Shown in pieces: positions 20,292 through 30,736 of a DNA stretch of 64,000 nt (positions are counted from its first letter, which is position 1; the number at the start of each line of letters is the position of its first letter). The notes beneath the pieces were generated by a model. It did no database searches and was not told the DNA's origin. It was given only the letters and a program-made list of their open reading frames with translations. The position numbers were made by a program, and so were the translations under genes. This DNA comes from a virus. Lineage: Duplodnaviria > Caudoviricetes. The DNA lies in IMG/VR virus record IMGVR_UViG_3300032293_001441, positions 1,948-65,947 of that record. One strand, 5' to 3'.

Positions 20292-22808
20292 TTAATTTAC
20301 TTGTTCTGTTTTTTTATAAAGTCTTACCGATTTTACTTTATACGAATCGCCTTTGGCACTATACCCAGTTCTTACTACTTCTATTACGTGACCCTTGTCC
20401 ACAGATTCTGCGGTTTTTACTTGGTCATCTCGATTCAATTGTTCATATTTTTCCGCCAATTTCTTAGCAAATGACTGAGTTGCTTCATTTTTTAATTTTT
20501 CATTCCATTCTTTTTCAAACTCGGAATTTACTTGTTCTTGGCTTATTATGCCATCCGGAACCTCATACATGACGGGTATATTCATCGTACCTCTAGGACT
20601 TTTATCGTTTTTGACAATGACTTTTTGTCCATTTTGTCTTTCATAAAATAAACGATTCCCATTTTCGTCGGTTTTAAAAACGCTCTTTTCTTTTATATAA
20701 TTTCCATTACTATCTTGTTTCATGCTACCGTAGTTTTTTTCTAGCCAAAGTTTTTTTCTCGTAGATTTACTTCTTTCCAGTTGATCTGCTGGCATTTCCA
20801 GCGAAGACGGAGTAACTTTCGTGGGCATATCCACGTCCGCCGAAACACCTTTTACCGTGAATAAACTTTTTGTTCCGGATGGCAACTCCGTAGCAGTGGA
20901 TCCATCCGAAAATGTATAAGATATAGATCCATCTGAATTTTTTGTAAAATACGGAGAATCTCCCTCAGACGGCAGTGAGTAATCCTCGGACATAGCCAAA
21001 ACAAGATATGTAGAGGTTTTTCCATTCGGCAATGTATCAATAGCAACAGAATCGCCCGAAGAATTTCCAAATCCATATTTTTCGATTGAATATTCTGCCG
21101 TATAAGATTCGGTTTTTGATCCGTCTACATACACAATGGTCAACACATTTTTAGTTCCAGAAATGGATACAATTTCAAGTCCAACTGGAATTATACTTAT
21201 ACTTTCTGGAGATATAAGTAAATACTCATTTCCATAACTGTCAGTTTGTAATGTAAATAGTGGATTTATTGGTCTTTTTACTTTATTTGGCGGTGGACTT
21301 GTATATTCAACCGGTTTTGGGGGATTTACTCTAGCCTGAGATGTTCGTTTTTGTGCTTCTTCTCTTGTAATTTCCTCGCTACTTTGCGTAGAAGATACAA
21401 CTTCGCCGGTTTTGTTGTTTACAACGGTTACGGTTTCTGTTTTAGTGGGTGGTATTATTTTATCCGGAACCGGTTCGTATTTATTTGTTTCTGGGTTATA
21501 TCTGTCGGCAGATATTATCTTACCTCCCCCTTTAATCACTGTCTCTTTGATGGTCGTAGTATTTGCGGGTGCAGTATTAGAAAGTGTCACTTTTCCGGTC
21601 TCACTATCTATAGTTGCCGTTGGACTGGCGGGTGGTATGGATTTGCTTACTGGTACGGAAGGTTCGCTGTTTGCGGATGTTACTATATTTACATTTTTTG
21701 GAATTTCAACTTTTTCCTGAGACCGAGTTGGGATTACATTGTCAGTTGGCGCAGATTTTACTGTTGCTGGATTAGGCGTTATTTTTGAAAGCGCAAACGC
21801 TCCAGCGCCCGCAGTCAATCCTCCGACTAAAGATGATTTTGTAGATGCGCCCGCAATTTTTGCACCAGCGACCGTTCCAACCGCAGAACCAACAACGCCA
21901 CCTCCTAATTTTCCAGCCGCAGTAGATGCCACCAAATTTCCAGCAGCACCACCCACGGCTTGCTTTAAATTTCCGCCCGCCGCAAGTGCACCTGCGGCAG
22001 ACCCAACTGCACCGGCTACGTTGCCCGGAATTCCAACTTTTCCGGTAAGATTTCCGGCCAAACTTCCGGCAACGCCACCAACCAAAGATCCAGCCGCTTG
22101 CTTTAAATTTCCACCCGCCGCGAGTGTACCTGCGGCACCACCAATTGCACCGGCTATTTGACCACCAACTCCCGCGTTAGACGCGAGATTTCCAACAACG
22201 CCACCTACGGCACCTCCAATTGCACTCTTTGCAATAGAACCGGCAGCATCTTTTAAACTTTGACCAGATGCCAGTGCGCCCGCGACTCCTCCAACTGCAC
22301 CAGACAATGCCCCTCCAGCCGCACTTTTCAATGTATCAAGTAAAGCCGATTTCTTGTCGGCGAGAGCATTAAGAGCACTGATTTTTGTGCCGGGAGAAAA
22401 TTCTGGAACAATTGAATTTAATCGACTCATCGATTTTTCTTTAAATGCACTAAGATCTACTGGAGAAGAAAGCAATCCAAGTTTTCCGGTTTGTATTTCA
22501 GGTAAATCTATTTTTGAATCAAACTTTGGTAATGATTCGGCAATTTTAGTTTTTGCATCAGGAAGTACGTCTGACGGTATAGATGGAGCGGAAAAATTGG
22601 GTACTGCATTTTTTAATGCTCCTCCATCCGGTAAACCGGAACTAAGACCGCCCATGGAAGGAATTTGAGGTAAATTTGCTCCAAGTGATGCATTAATCGG
22701 GGAATTCAATCCAACCGAAGCAGGTGCCGGAAGATTTGAACTAATTCCGGATAAATTTCCAGTGAATGAAGAAGGATCCGGTGCTTTAAATGTAGGAATA
22801 TTTACCAT
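20292..22808 (-). CDS. Gly/Ala-rich repeat protein in the baseplate module
   Basis: 838 aa with about 180 aa of GGxxGxxAG glycine-zipper repeats, located between the spike and gp25 genes. Confidence 0.7.
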   Translation of the reverse strand: MVNIPTFKAPDPSSFTGNLSGISSNLPAPASVGLNSPINASLGANLPQIPSMGGLSSGLPDGGALKNAVPNFSAPSIPSDVLPDAKTKIAESLPKFDSKIDLPEIQTGKLGLLSSPVDLSAFKEKSMSRLNSIVPEFSPGTKISALNALADKKSALLDTLKSAAGGALSGAVGGVAGALASGQSLKDAAGSIAKSAIGGAVGGVVGNLASNAGVGGQIAGAIGGAAGTLAAGGNLKQAAGSLVGGVAGSLAGNLTGKVGIPGNVAGAVGSAAGALAAGGNLKQAVGGAAGNLVASTAAGKLGGGVVGSAVGTVAGAKIAGASTKSSLVGGLTAGAGAFALSKITPNPATVKSAPTDNVIPTRSQEKVEIPKNVNIVTSANSEPSVPVSKSIPPASPTATIDSETGKVTLSNTAPANTTTIKETVIKGGGKIISADRYNPETNKYEPVPDKIIPPTKTETVTVVNNKTGEVVSSTQSSEEITREEAQKRTSQARVNPPKPVEYTSPPPNKVKRPINPLFTLQTDSYGNEYLLISPESISIIPVGLEIVSISGTKNVLTIVYVDGSKTESYTAEYSIEKYGFGNSSGDSVAIDTLPNGKTSTYLVLAMSEDYSLPSEGDSPYFTKNSDGSISYTFSDGSTATELPSGTKSLFTVKGVSADVDMPTKVTPSSLEMPADQLERSKSTRKKLWLEKNYGSMKQDSNGNYIKEKSVFKTDENGNRLFYERQNGQKVIVKNDKSPRGTMNIPVMYEVPDGIISQEQVNSEFEKEWNEKLKNEATQSFAKKLAEKYEQLNRDDQVKTAESVDKGHVIEVVRTGYSAKGDSYKVKSVRLYKKTEQVN

Positions 22809-22813
22809 ATTTG

Positions 22814-24469
22814 TTAAAATGTGGGAATTGGAGAATTTTCTCCTCCGCCTTCATATATAAGTTCCAATTTATAAGTTTTTTTCTTTTCGTTTTCTTCTTC
22901 TTGAGCCGCTTTTTCTTCTTGTTCTTTTGCAGAATTTGTTGAATTTTCATCCATTGGAGAATCTGCTGCCAATTCTCCGCCCTTAAGACCCGGTGCTCCT
23001 CCTCCACCAACAACAAAAACGCGCTGGCTCATATTTCTCGGAGCATCGTCTCTAAGTTTTATTAGGCTTTCTCTTAATTTTTTTAAATCTTCAACTTGCT
23101 TTTTGAGTTTTTCTTTCCATTCGTTTTTTGGAGCAAATTGAATATCTTTACCGCTGTCGTTTTCGTGTAAATGCTTTGCCAGCCAATCCTCACAAAGTTC
23201 TATCATCCAATTTGTTTGTAAAAGAATCCAATCACATAGAGCCATGTTCCAAGTAGTCGTCGTTCTTCCCAAAAGAACTGGCTCAACCGCTTGTTCAAAC
23301 TCTCCTAAGAATATAAAAGGAGAATTTATTGTAGTTTTATCGTTTGTAGTAAGAACAATCTGCTTGTGTGAATCTACGGTATATTCGTCGTCCGTGACTA
23401 TGGCATATCTTTTTTTAGAAAAATGAAAAGTTTCGTTTGCTTTTGACGAAAATATGAGCCGGTCACTGTTTATTACGATTTGGTCGCCGTCTTGTTTTGG
23501 ATAATTGAATTGGGTTGCACCGTCCGGAGAATACCCCGCTTGCTCCTCTTTCACATCCATCTGAAACATTACTTTTTTTGTAGTTGGAGAAAACGCAGAC
23601 TCCGTTTTCCCCGAAGTGATGTGTATAGAAGAACCATCTTTGTTTATATCTTCCGTGGTATATCCTTTACCAGTATGTCCTTGTGGCGATTTTATTGGTG
23701 CTTGTCTGTTTCTAATCAAAATCATGGAGTTTCCACCACCATCCTCATATTCTCCAATACCATTATCATTGGATCGATTAGAGTCGTATGCACCAAATCG
23801 TATAGATGACCCGAATCTGGATTGTAGAATAGTATCCCCTTCATATAATTTCAATCCACGTATTTTTGGATTAAATTTAAAATAACTTCCAAGCACACCG
23901 GTATAGTCTAGACCACCGTTAAAATTCATCTGAGAACTTGGTCCGTCAAATTCACCATCTTCCGAATATTCGTTTATGTTTTTATCAACTTCTCCGGATT
24001 TTCTTTCTGCCGAAAAATTCGCATTACAATTTATTGTGGAATTTACATTGAGTTTTCTTGTATAAAAATATTGATCCCCATACTTCCCCACAATAACTAT
24101 TTCGTTCATTAGTGGGTATTCTACAATACCTGTATTTTCCATCGGAAATGCCCAATCAAGTGTACTTTTTTGTGCATTTTGTTGACTTTTTATAAATCTA
24201 AATCTTATTCTACCTATCCACGAATAATCTTTATCTTTTCCCGTGGGCTTACTTCCGTCTACATTGGGTGGCCAATCTTCAACGTCCAAACTTGATTTAT
24301 TTAAAACGGGATGTTCTTCATCCATTATAACATCCAATACCACCGCTTCTTCCAATTCGTAAAATAGTAAAGAATCTGGCTTTCGTTCGATTACAAACCG
24401 CTTAGATGCAAGCATATCATCTTGCTTTACCATTTGTTCTGATCGTTTGTCTATGGTAATGTAAGCCAT
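22814..24469 (-). CDS. Baseplate hub / central spike (gp5/VgrG-like)
   Basis: N-terminal OB-like region (GRIRFRF...YPLMNEIV), EGDTILQSRFGSSIRFG, QIVINSDRLIF, EPVLLG and HLH tip motif. Confidence 0.7.
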   Translation of the reverse strand: MAYITIDKRSEQMVKQDDMLASKRFVIERKPDSLLFYELEEAVVLDVIMDEEHPVLNKSSLDVEDWPPNVDGSKPTGKDKDYSWIGRIRFRFIKSQQNAQKSTLDWAFPMENTGIVEYPLMNEIVIVGKYGDQYFYTRKLNVNSTINCNANFSAERKSGEVDKNINEYSEDGEFDGPSSQMNFNGGLDYTGVLGSYFKFNPKIRGLKLYEGDTILQSRFGSSIRFGAYDSNRSNDNGIGEYEDGGGNSMILIRNRQAPIKSPQGHTGKGYTTEDINKDGSSIHITSGKTESAFSPTTKKVMFQMDVKEEQAGYSPDGATQFNYPKQDGDQIVINSDRLIFSSKANETFHFSKKRYAIVTDDEYTVDSHKQIVLTTNDKTTINSPFIFLGEFEQAVEPVLLGRTTTTWNMALCDWILLQTNWMIELCEDWLAKHLHENDSGKDIQFAPKNEWKEKLKKQVEDLKKLRESLIKLRDDAPRNMSQRVFVVGGGGAPGLKGGELAADSPMDENSTNSAKEQEEKAAQEEENEKKKTYKLELIYEGGGENSPIPTF

Positions 24470-24472
24470 AAT

Positions 24473-24850
24473 TTATTTAACCTTTTTTTCGGTTACTTCC
24501 GGTTTTTGTAACTGTTTGGCGGTTTCTTCTACGGTGGCCATCAATTGCTTGCGTTCTTCTTCGGTCAGCAACATACCACCACCTTCACCTTCTGCTCCAC
24601 CCTTGCCACTCATTAGCCGCTGTATAATCGCAGCAAGTTTGATAAGTTGTTCATCGTTTCTTACACCAACGTCAAAATATTCTTTCAATAATGGCACAAT
24701 CATGGTGGCATCATTGATGGTTTTGATCATTTCACGCAAATCTGTAATCAGAATATCTATCTGATTCTTCTTTTCTTCGCTGTTTTTGACGATGTCTTTA
24801 CACAGGTCAGAAAAGTTTTTGCCCTTAAAAATCTCTATGTCATTATCCAT
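24473..24850 (-). CDS. Conserved helical hypothetical phage protein
   Basis: 125-aa ORF with TATTTATA 3 nt before the ATG. Confidence 0.7.
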   Translation of the reverse strand: MDNDIEIFKGKNFSDLCKDIVKNSEEKKNQIDILITDLREMIKTINDATMIVPLLKEYFDVGVRNDEQLIKLAAIIQRLMSGKGGAEGEGGGMLLTEEERKQLMATVEETAKQLQKPEVTEKKVK

Positions 24851-24878
24851 GACTATAAATAGTATTTATAATATATAT

Positions 24879-25787
24879 TTAGATTTTTGCCCCGCTGATT
24901 GTGCCACGATTTAGATATTCTTCAGCGATGTTTTGCTGGGTAGCCTTCATTTTATTGATGACTTTGGTGATTTTCTGAGTCTGGCAGTCGGCGATTTCTC
25001 GTATATATAAATAAAGTGCCTTTTTATTGAATACATCAATACGGTCAGCGTTTCTGAATATTTCTATAACAGCGTGAGCAATCTTTAGGTCTTTTTCCTT
25101 GTTGAACATCTTATGCACGTTCTTATCCCAGTAATCTACCATTAGTGCTATAAACTCGCGTGTTTCGCTTTCTTGCTTTTCGTGTTCTGGTTCTACTACA
25201 AACTCACCAGCGTCGCCTGCTTGTTCACATATTTCAACGTGCTTCTTAAACCGCTTATATGTTGTATTGTTATCTAAAATAAACCAGTTCTTGGCAACAA
25301 TGCTGAAATAACTAAATGCCTTACCCTTGCCTGGCTCATATTTGTCTATATTAGCCACCATATGCGATATAGCCTGCTTTTGTATTTCAAGAGGGCTGAC
25401 ATCCGCGTAACTAAATTTGAATGTGTTATAAACGTTTTCTGCTATCTTAAAGAACGCTTGCTGAATATGGTCGTTGTATATTCTATCTTTTTCTCTGGAA
25501 TCTGTTGTTTGGTTGTATGCTATGATCGCTGCTTCTGTTGCTGGAGTAAAATATACATTTGATACTTTTGGTGTGCCGTCTTTTTGCTTATTCTTGGCAC
25601 CTTTTGGTCTACCTCTTGGTCTCTTCTTTGGTTCAATCGGCGTATCGTTTATTACAACCGGAACAATAATCTGCTTTTTTATCTTTGGTTGCTTCTTGAC
25701 CTTTTTTATATTTTTGGACGCTACTCGTTTTACCTTTTTGACGAGTTTTGTTTTTTTAGCATTCTTCTTCAGTTTCTTTTTTTTCAT
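24879..25787 (-). CDS. Phage sigma factor (T4 gp55-like) with Lys-rich, AT-hook N-terminal extension
   Basis: YFT..TE.AI, KIAENVYNTFKFSY and KAFSYFSIVAKNW resemble gp55 region 2; RPRGRPK AT-hook. Confidence 0.65.
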   Translation of the reverse strand: MKKKKLKKNAKKTKLVKKVKRVASKNIKKVKKQPKIKKQIIVPVVINDTPIEPKKRPRGRPKGAKNKQKDGTPKVSNVYFTPATEAAIIAYNQTTDSREKDRIYNDHIQQAFFKIAENVYNTFKFSYADVSPLEIQKQAISHMVANIDKYEPGKGKAFSYFSIVAKNWFILDNNTTYKRFKKHVEICEQAGDAGEFVVEPEHEKQESETREFIALMVDYWDKNVHKMFNKEKDLKIAHAVIEIFRNADRIDVFNKKALYLYIREIADCQTQKITKVINKMKATQQNIAEEYLNRGTISGAKI

Positions 25788-25790
25788 ATA

Positions 25791-26045
25791 TTATTTTATC
25801 TTCTCGTCAAACTCTTTGATTATCTTTACGATTTCAGAAAACACAAATCCTACATCATCGTCCTTCTCAAACAAGTTTCTGTCATCTACCGCTTTTATTC
25901 TGTTGTATACATCAGACACTTCGCTTCTAAACATATCAAGCCACTCTTCGTATACTTCCATCTTTTTGAGTAGATTATAGCACGCATATCCCAACGCACA
26001 AGTCGTTAGGAAAAATATAACCAGCAGAGTTATTAGTAACCACAT
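25791..26045 (-). CDS. Small membrane-anchored protein
   Basis: N-terminal hydrophobic helix; FEKDDDVGFVF motif. Confidence 0.7.
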   Translation of the reverse strand: MWLLITLLVIFFLTTCALGYACYNLLKKMEVYEEWLDMFRSEVSDVYNRIKAVDDRNLFEKDDDVGFVFSEIVKIIKEFDEKIK

Positions 26046-26053
26046 AAAGAGTA

Positions 26054-26212
26054 TTATTCTTCGTCTTCCTCTTCTTCATCTTCGTCGGGATCATATCCAA
26101 GTTCTTCTTTGATGATGCCCAACGCATCTTCGACTGAGGGCCAACTGCGGCTTTCTAGTGCGTATTCTAATAGTTCTTTTACTTCTTCTAGGTTATCTGG
26201 GTCAATATTCAT
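26054..26212 (-). CDS. Small acidic protein (52 aa)
   Basis: Not in the track. MNIDPDNLEEVKELLEYALESRSWPSVEDALGIIKEELGYDPDEDEEEEDEE fills the gap and is ATGA-coupled to def. Confidence 0.7.
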   Translation of the reverse strand: MNIDPDNLEEVKELLEYALESRSWPSVEDALGIIKEELGYDPDEDEEEEDEE

Positions 26213-26826
26213 AGTATTTTCCATCCTTGGTCAACGAGTTCCAATGCCTTCTTGTATTTTATATATTGTGTTTCACCATTTTTTTCCACAACAACCTTAT
26301 CATTTCTGCCGTGTTTTACCTTTTTTTCTACCGGCTTGATGAACTTGACGCCAGGATCAATCATCAGTCTGCCATTCAGATGGTCGATTTCATGCTGAAC
26401 GCAGATTGTTTCTAATATACCAACATCGTCATATACGCTCTTTTCTGTTGGCGGATTTGTATCTGGACCAAATGGGATGGGGTTGGCGTGGTTGAGAGTA
26501 TTGACGGTTACTTTCAACTTACGCATCGTATTACAACTCTTGCCCGGCAAACTTAGGCAACCTTCAAGATAAATGATATTTTCATTACTAACTTCTGTTA
26601 TAACAGGATTCATCAACACAACTGGCGGCTGATCTTTTCTGGCTCTAATAACAGAAACACTTTTTGATATTCCTATTTGATTAGCAGATAGTCCAACTCC
26701 ACCGTGAGGCAAACTATCTAAAGTTTCTATAAGCTTGTTTGCTATTTCTTGACCCTCTTCAATAGAAGATACAGGTGTTGTTGGCTTATGTAGAAAATCT
26801 TTATCCTTGACTATTTTATAACTCAT
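26209..26826 (-). CDS. def: Peptide deformylase
   Basis: GVGLSANQIG, EGCLS and QHEIDHLNG motifs; start refined to MSYKIVK. Confidence 0.95.
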   Translation of the reverse strand: MSYKIVKDKDFLHKPTTPVSSIEEGQEIANKLIETLDSLPHGGVGLSANQIGISKSVSVIRARKDQPPVVLMNPVITEVSNENIIYLEGCLSLPGKSCNTMRKLKVTVNTLNHANPIPFGPDTNPPTEKSVYDDVGILETICVQHEIDHLNGRLMIDPGVKFIKPVEKKVKHGRNDKVVVEKNGETQYIKYKKALELVDQGWKIL

Positions 26827-26901
26827 ACTATGTGAATTTTTTGTTTTACAATTCACATATATATTGAATAGTTTTATTTTGTCAACTTATAATAAAACAA
26901 A

Positions 26902-28425
26902 TTATGGCTGTGGACGACTAAAGCGTTCATAATTTCGCAACATAGGTTCATTTGGGTCTTGGGAATTTGATTTTTTGGATTTTACTTTTGATTTTAATTG
27001 CCCATCGTAGACATCACTTGCGAGTTGAACAGAAGGCGTTGGCGTTATGGTTGGTGCGGATAATGTGTCGGTAGAAGGTTGTTCCAAAATTTCTTCTATA
27101 TCTATTTTAGGCATTTCCGATGTCGTCGGAGTAGGTTCCGGAGTTGGAGTTGATAATGGTGTTACGGAGGGAACAATCTTTTCTTTGTTTTTTCCTACTA
27201 ATGTATTATACGCCAAAATCAAACATACAGCCAGCGGGTCAAACACAAGCATGATAGACCATATGAAATAGTTTACTGCTGTATCCAATGGTACGCCAAG
27301 GCTCTTAGCAATAAACTTGAATGTTCCTACGTCCGTTTTTACTATCTTGTCTTTATAATCTGTGTTTTGATTACGTAGTGCTTGTATTTCGCTTTGATAT
27401 TCTATTACCTTTTTCTTTCCAGATTCTGCCAGTTCATCCTTTTTGCTGTTTAGCGATGACACTTTATTATCCGATTCTTTATTGTATGCGTCTATGGACG
27501 CCATTATCTCTTCAATGTCTTTTTCGAGTTTCTTGACGTTTGCTTCTATATCTCCACGCTGACCTTTACTTCTGCTTTCTATTGCGGCCACACGGTCATT
27601 ATACTCTTTCATCTGCGACGCATATTGCTCGCGCAGTTTGGTTATTCTGTCTTGAGATGATTTTATCTTTTCATCTATTTCAGCGCGTTCTTTTGCTTGA
27701 CCTTCTTTTACAACTCTGGCTTGGTTTAGTCCATTTTTACCAAACAAACCACCTGTACCTTGGTCCATCCACGTTTGAACTTCTTTATCCAATATTTCCA
27801 ATCTAGAATTGAATAGTTTTATCTGCTCAAGTTCTCTGGCTATATCGGTGTCGGTTGAAGATTTAGATATTTCGAGAGCTTGTTTTGCTGCTGCTATATC
27901 TGCCGAAGCATCCTGTGTTGTATTTGCTGATTTACGAATGCTTTCTATCTGCTGATTTTTTTGTGCTATAACTTGAAGTTTTTGTTCTATGAACTTTTTT
28001 CTATTAGTATCCGCTGCGGCTATTTCTTCCGAGTTATAATCGGAGTTTTTTATATTTTCTATGGTCTTTTCTAATTCTTTTATCTTGGTATTATTAGATT
28101 CTATGTTTTGTTCATAACCCTGAACCGCAATAGACGTTGCGGTGTATCCCGCACTCAAATATCCATATATACCGATTGAAGTTATACCCATCAGAAATAG
28201 TGTAGCAAGCAACATATACGACCTCATCCACCATCCTATTTCTTTCCATTTCTGCTTTAGAAACGTGGCTGTAATAAGTTTACCAACTTCAAGGGCGGTA
28301 CCCATTATAATAATAGATAATCCACCGCCAACAAAAAGCAGTTTTAATCCGATTACACTAAAATAAGCACCGCAGATTGATATTGCTATGCCGCTCAATA
28401 ATACTAATAATGCTAAAAAGTTCAT
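26902..28425 (-). CDS. Membrane protein with long coiled coil and Thr/Pro-rich tail
   Basis: Three N-terminal TM helices (LEVGKL, TSIGIYGYLS), a coiled coil, and a C-terminal TM segment (VFDPLAV). Confidence 0.8.
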   Translation of the reverse strand: MNFLALLVLLSGIAISICGAYFSVIGLKLLFVGGGLSIIIMGTALEVGKLITATFLKQKWKEIGWWMRSYMLLATLFLMGITSIGIYGYLSAGYTATSIAVQGYEQNIESNNTKIKELEKTIENIKNSDYNSEEIAAADTNRKKFIEQKLQVIAQKNQQIESIRKSANTTQDASADIAAAKQALEISKSSTDTDIARELEQIKLFNSRLEILDKEVQTWMDQGTGGLFGKNGLNQARVVKEGQAKERAEIDEKIKSSQDRITKLREQYASQMKEYNDRVAAIESRSKGQRGDIEANVKKLEKDIEEIMASIDAYNKESDNKVSSLNSKKDELAESGKKKVIEYQSEIQALRNQNTDYKDKIVKTDVGTFKFIAKSLGVPLDTAVNYFIWSIMLVFDPLAVCLILAYNTLVGKNKEKIVPSVTPLSTPTPEPTPTTSEMPKIDIEEILEQPSTDTLSAPTITPTPSVQLASDVYDGQLKSKVKSKKSNSQDPNEPMLRNYERFSRPQP

Positions 28426-28469
28426 AGCATATAAGTATAGTATATATTATAAAAAAACCCTAAGTTGTA

Positions 28470-30695
28470 TTATGGACCATAACGTATGATGATTCTTACA
28501 TTACTTGGTGCCGAAATACCTGTAACATTAACAAGTGCTGAACTACTTTCCGTTGAACTGGTCATTCCATCAAAGGTACGTGTGGCGACAACTTTGTATG
28601 TTCCACCAGTATCTATTACGACTGGCGATACGGTGTATGTCGATAATGTAGCACCAGATATAGCCACATTATTTCTATACCATTGATATGATATTGTACC
28701 TGCTCCAGAATCTGTAACAGGCGGGGCAGGCGTTGCGGACACGCCGCTTACATCCTGAAATCCAGTCGTTCCTCCATTAATGAGCGTACTAAATGATAGT
28801 GGTGTTAATGTACCGTTGGCTGTGTTTACTGTATACCACTGACCATTGTCAAAGGATTGACCATACAACGTTGAACCGGCTGGACCGAAGGTGATTTGAA
28901 GTCTGGCTATTGCTGGAGAACCAACTGTGCCTATATTGGTGGCAGATATAGTACCACTTAACGGACCAGATGGTAGAGTCAGATTATAAAACATAGAACC
29001 GTTGGAAGTAGTGGCATATAATGTACCATTACTAGTAATGGCTATGTCTCCAATATAATTGTTGCCTGTTGTAGGTATACCGCCCGTGAGCGTAGCAGAC
29101 GAAGTGCCATTAGAAATCATTGTAGGGGTTCCTGATCCGTCATATTGTAATGCGACTCGCACCAGCATATGTGTACCCGGCATAATATACCAATAAGCAT
29201 TATTCCAATATGCTCCGTTGTCTGGTCGGCTGGTGGTCAATTGCCCTAGATTGACTGGTGTAGAATTGGCAGATTGGTTCCAATACCACAGAGACGCCAG
29301 GCCACTTCCACTCGGATTAGGTGCCGCAAAAAATACTTGACCTCGCGTAGTATCAAACGCTATTCCGTTTATTGCATTTGTTGATGTAGCACCTACAAGA
29401 GTAGACACATCTCGCACAGCCCTCTTTGTTCCAGTATCGCCGATTTCATAAATATTGTTGTCTGTACCAACAGTATAATAATACACCGATACTGATGCGA
29501 AGGTTGACAATGTAAGTGTATTTCCAAACTCAACACTTGTAGCAACAGGCTGAACGGTAAAGATAGGTGCCTTTAATGTTCTAATAACGTTTACTGTTGC
29601 TGTATTGCTGTCTGTAAAACTGGATACACCATCTATAGTACTGGTTGCTCTAAGTTTATACACACCAGAGTCTGCGCTGGCAGCGGCACTCACAGTATAT
29701 GATGTAGATGTTGCTCCTGTTATAATAACATCATCTTTGTACCATTGATATGTTGGAGTTGGTGTGCCAGTAGCCAACCCAGATAATGTAAATGATTGAT
29801 TTAGATCAATGGTCACGGAGGATGGTTGAGCAGTAAATACTGGTGCCGCAAGAGTTCTAACTACGGTTACTGTTACTATATTACTATCAACTGAACTGGA
29901 TGCTCCGTTTAGTGTATTGGTCGCAACAACCTTATAATCGCCGCCATTGGCACTAACAGCAGAACTTACGGTATATGATGTAGATGTTGCTCCAGTTATA
30001 GCGACGTTGTCTTTATACCATTGGTATGTTGGAGTTGGAGTGCCAGTCGCTAATGCCGATAGTGTAAATGACTGTGTAAGATTTACTGTTGCGGCGACGG
30101 GTTGCGTAGTAAATGTGGGCGGCACCAAAACTTCTATGACAGTAACTGCCACTGCATTACTGTCCGTAGACACCACTGTTCCGCTAACAGTATTGCTTGC
30201 TGATACTTTGTATGTGCCCGCGTCAGCAAGAACTGCCGATGATACTGTGTATGTAGCAGATGTTGCACCTGATATAGCAACATTATTTTTAAACCATTGA
30301 TATGTTGGTGGAGAGTCGCCCGTTGCAAGAGATGATAGTGTAAAAGATTGGCCGACAGATGCGTTAGTAGCAACTGGTTGTAGTGTAAAAACCGGCGGAT
30401 TGACCACACTCAAAGTTGCAATATTTGAAAGACTACTTCCCAACGAGTTACTAACTTCTACGGTATATGCGGCAGCATCCGATATTGTAACATTCGCTAA
30501 CACATACGATATAGATGTTGCACCGGCAATATTCGTTCCCCCTTTTTTCCACTGGTATGTAAACGGGGCTGTTCCGCTGGCGGTAACATCAAAGGTGACA
30601 GTCTGACCAACTTTGGCAACCGGACTAACATCTTGAGCATATGCCATACTGCATAATGCAAGTATATAAAAAAGTATCTTGATATAGTTCTTCAT
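28470..30695 (-). CDS. Secreted multi-Ig-domain protein with inserted beta-propeller-like domain
   Basis: Signal peptide (AYA-Q) and five Ig repeats (mostly P.FT.QP...TYQW.K...GAT...Y.V); the fifth is split by about 250 aa. Confidence 0.85.
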   Translation of the reverse strand: MKNYIKILFYILALCSMAYAQDVSPVAKVGQTVTFDVTASGTAPFTYQWKKGGTNIAGATSISYVLANVTISDAAAYTVEVSNSLGSSLSNIATLSVVNPPVFTLQPVATNASVGQSFTLSSLATGDSPPTYQWFKNNVAISGATSATYTVSSAVLADAGTYKVSASNTVSGTVVSTDSNAVAVTVIEVLVPPTFTTQPVAATVNLTQSFTLSALATGTPTPTYQWYKDNVAITGATSTSYTVSSAVSANGGDYKVVATNTLNGASSSVDSNIVTVTVVRTLAAPVFTAQPSSVTIDLNQSFTLSGLATGTPTPTYQWYKDDVIITGATSTSYTVSAAASADSGVYKLRATSTIDGVSSFTDSNTATVNVIRTLKAPIFTVQPVATSVEFGNTLTLSTFASVSVYYYTVGTDNNIYEIGDTGTKRAVRDVSTLVGATSTNAINGIAFDTTRGQVFFAAPNPSGSGLASLWYWNQSANSTPVNLGQLTTSRPDNGAYWNNAYWYIMPGTHMLVRVALQYDGSGTPTMISNGTSSATLTGGIPTTGNNYIGDIAITSNGTLYATTSNGSMFYNLTLPSGPLSGTISATNIGTVGSPAIARLQITFGPAGSTLYGQSFDNGQWYTVNTANGTLTPLSFSTLINGGTTGFQDVSGVSATPAPPVTDSGAGTISYQWYRNNVAISGATLSTYTVSPVVIDTGGTYKVVATRTFDGMTSSTESSSALVNVTGISAPSNVRIIIRYGP

Positions 30696-30736
30696 TTTGT
30701 CCTATATTGATGATAGACAGCATTTTGTCAAGATAA

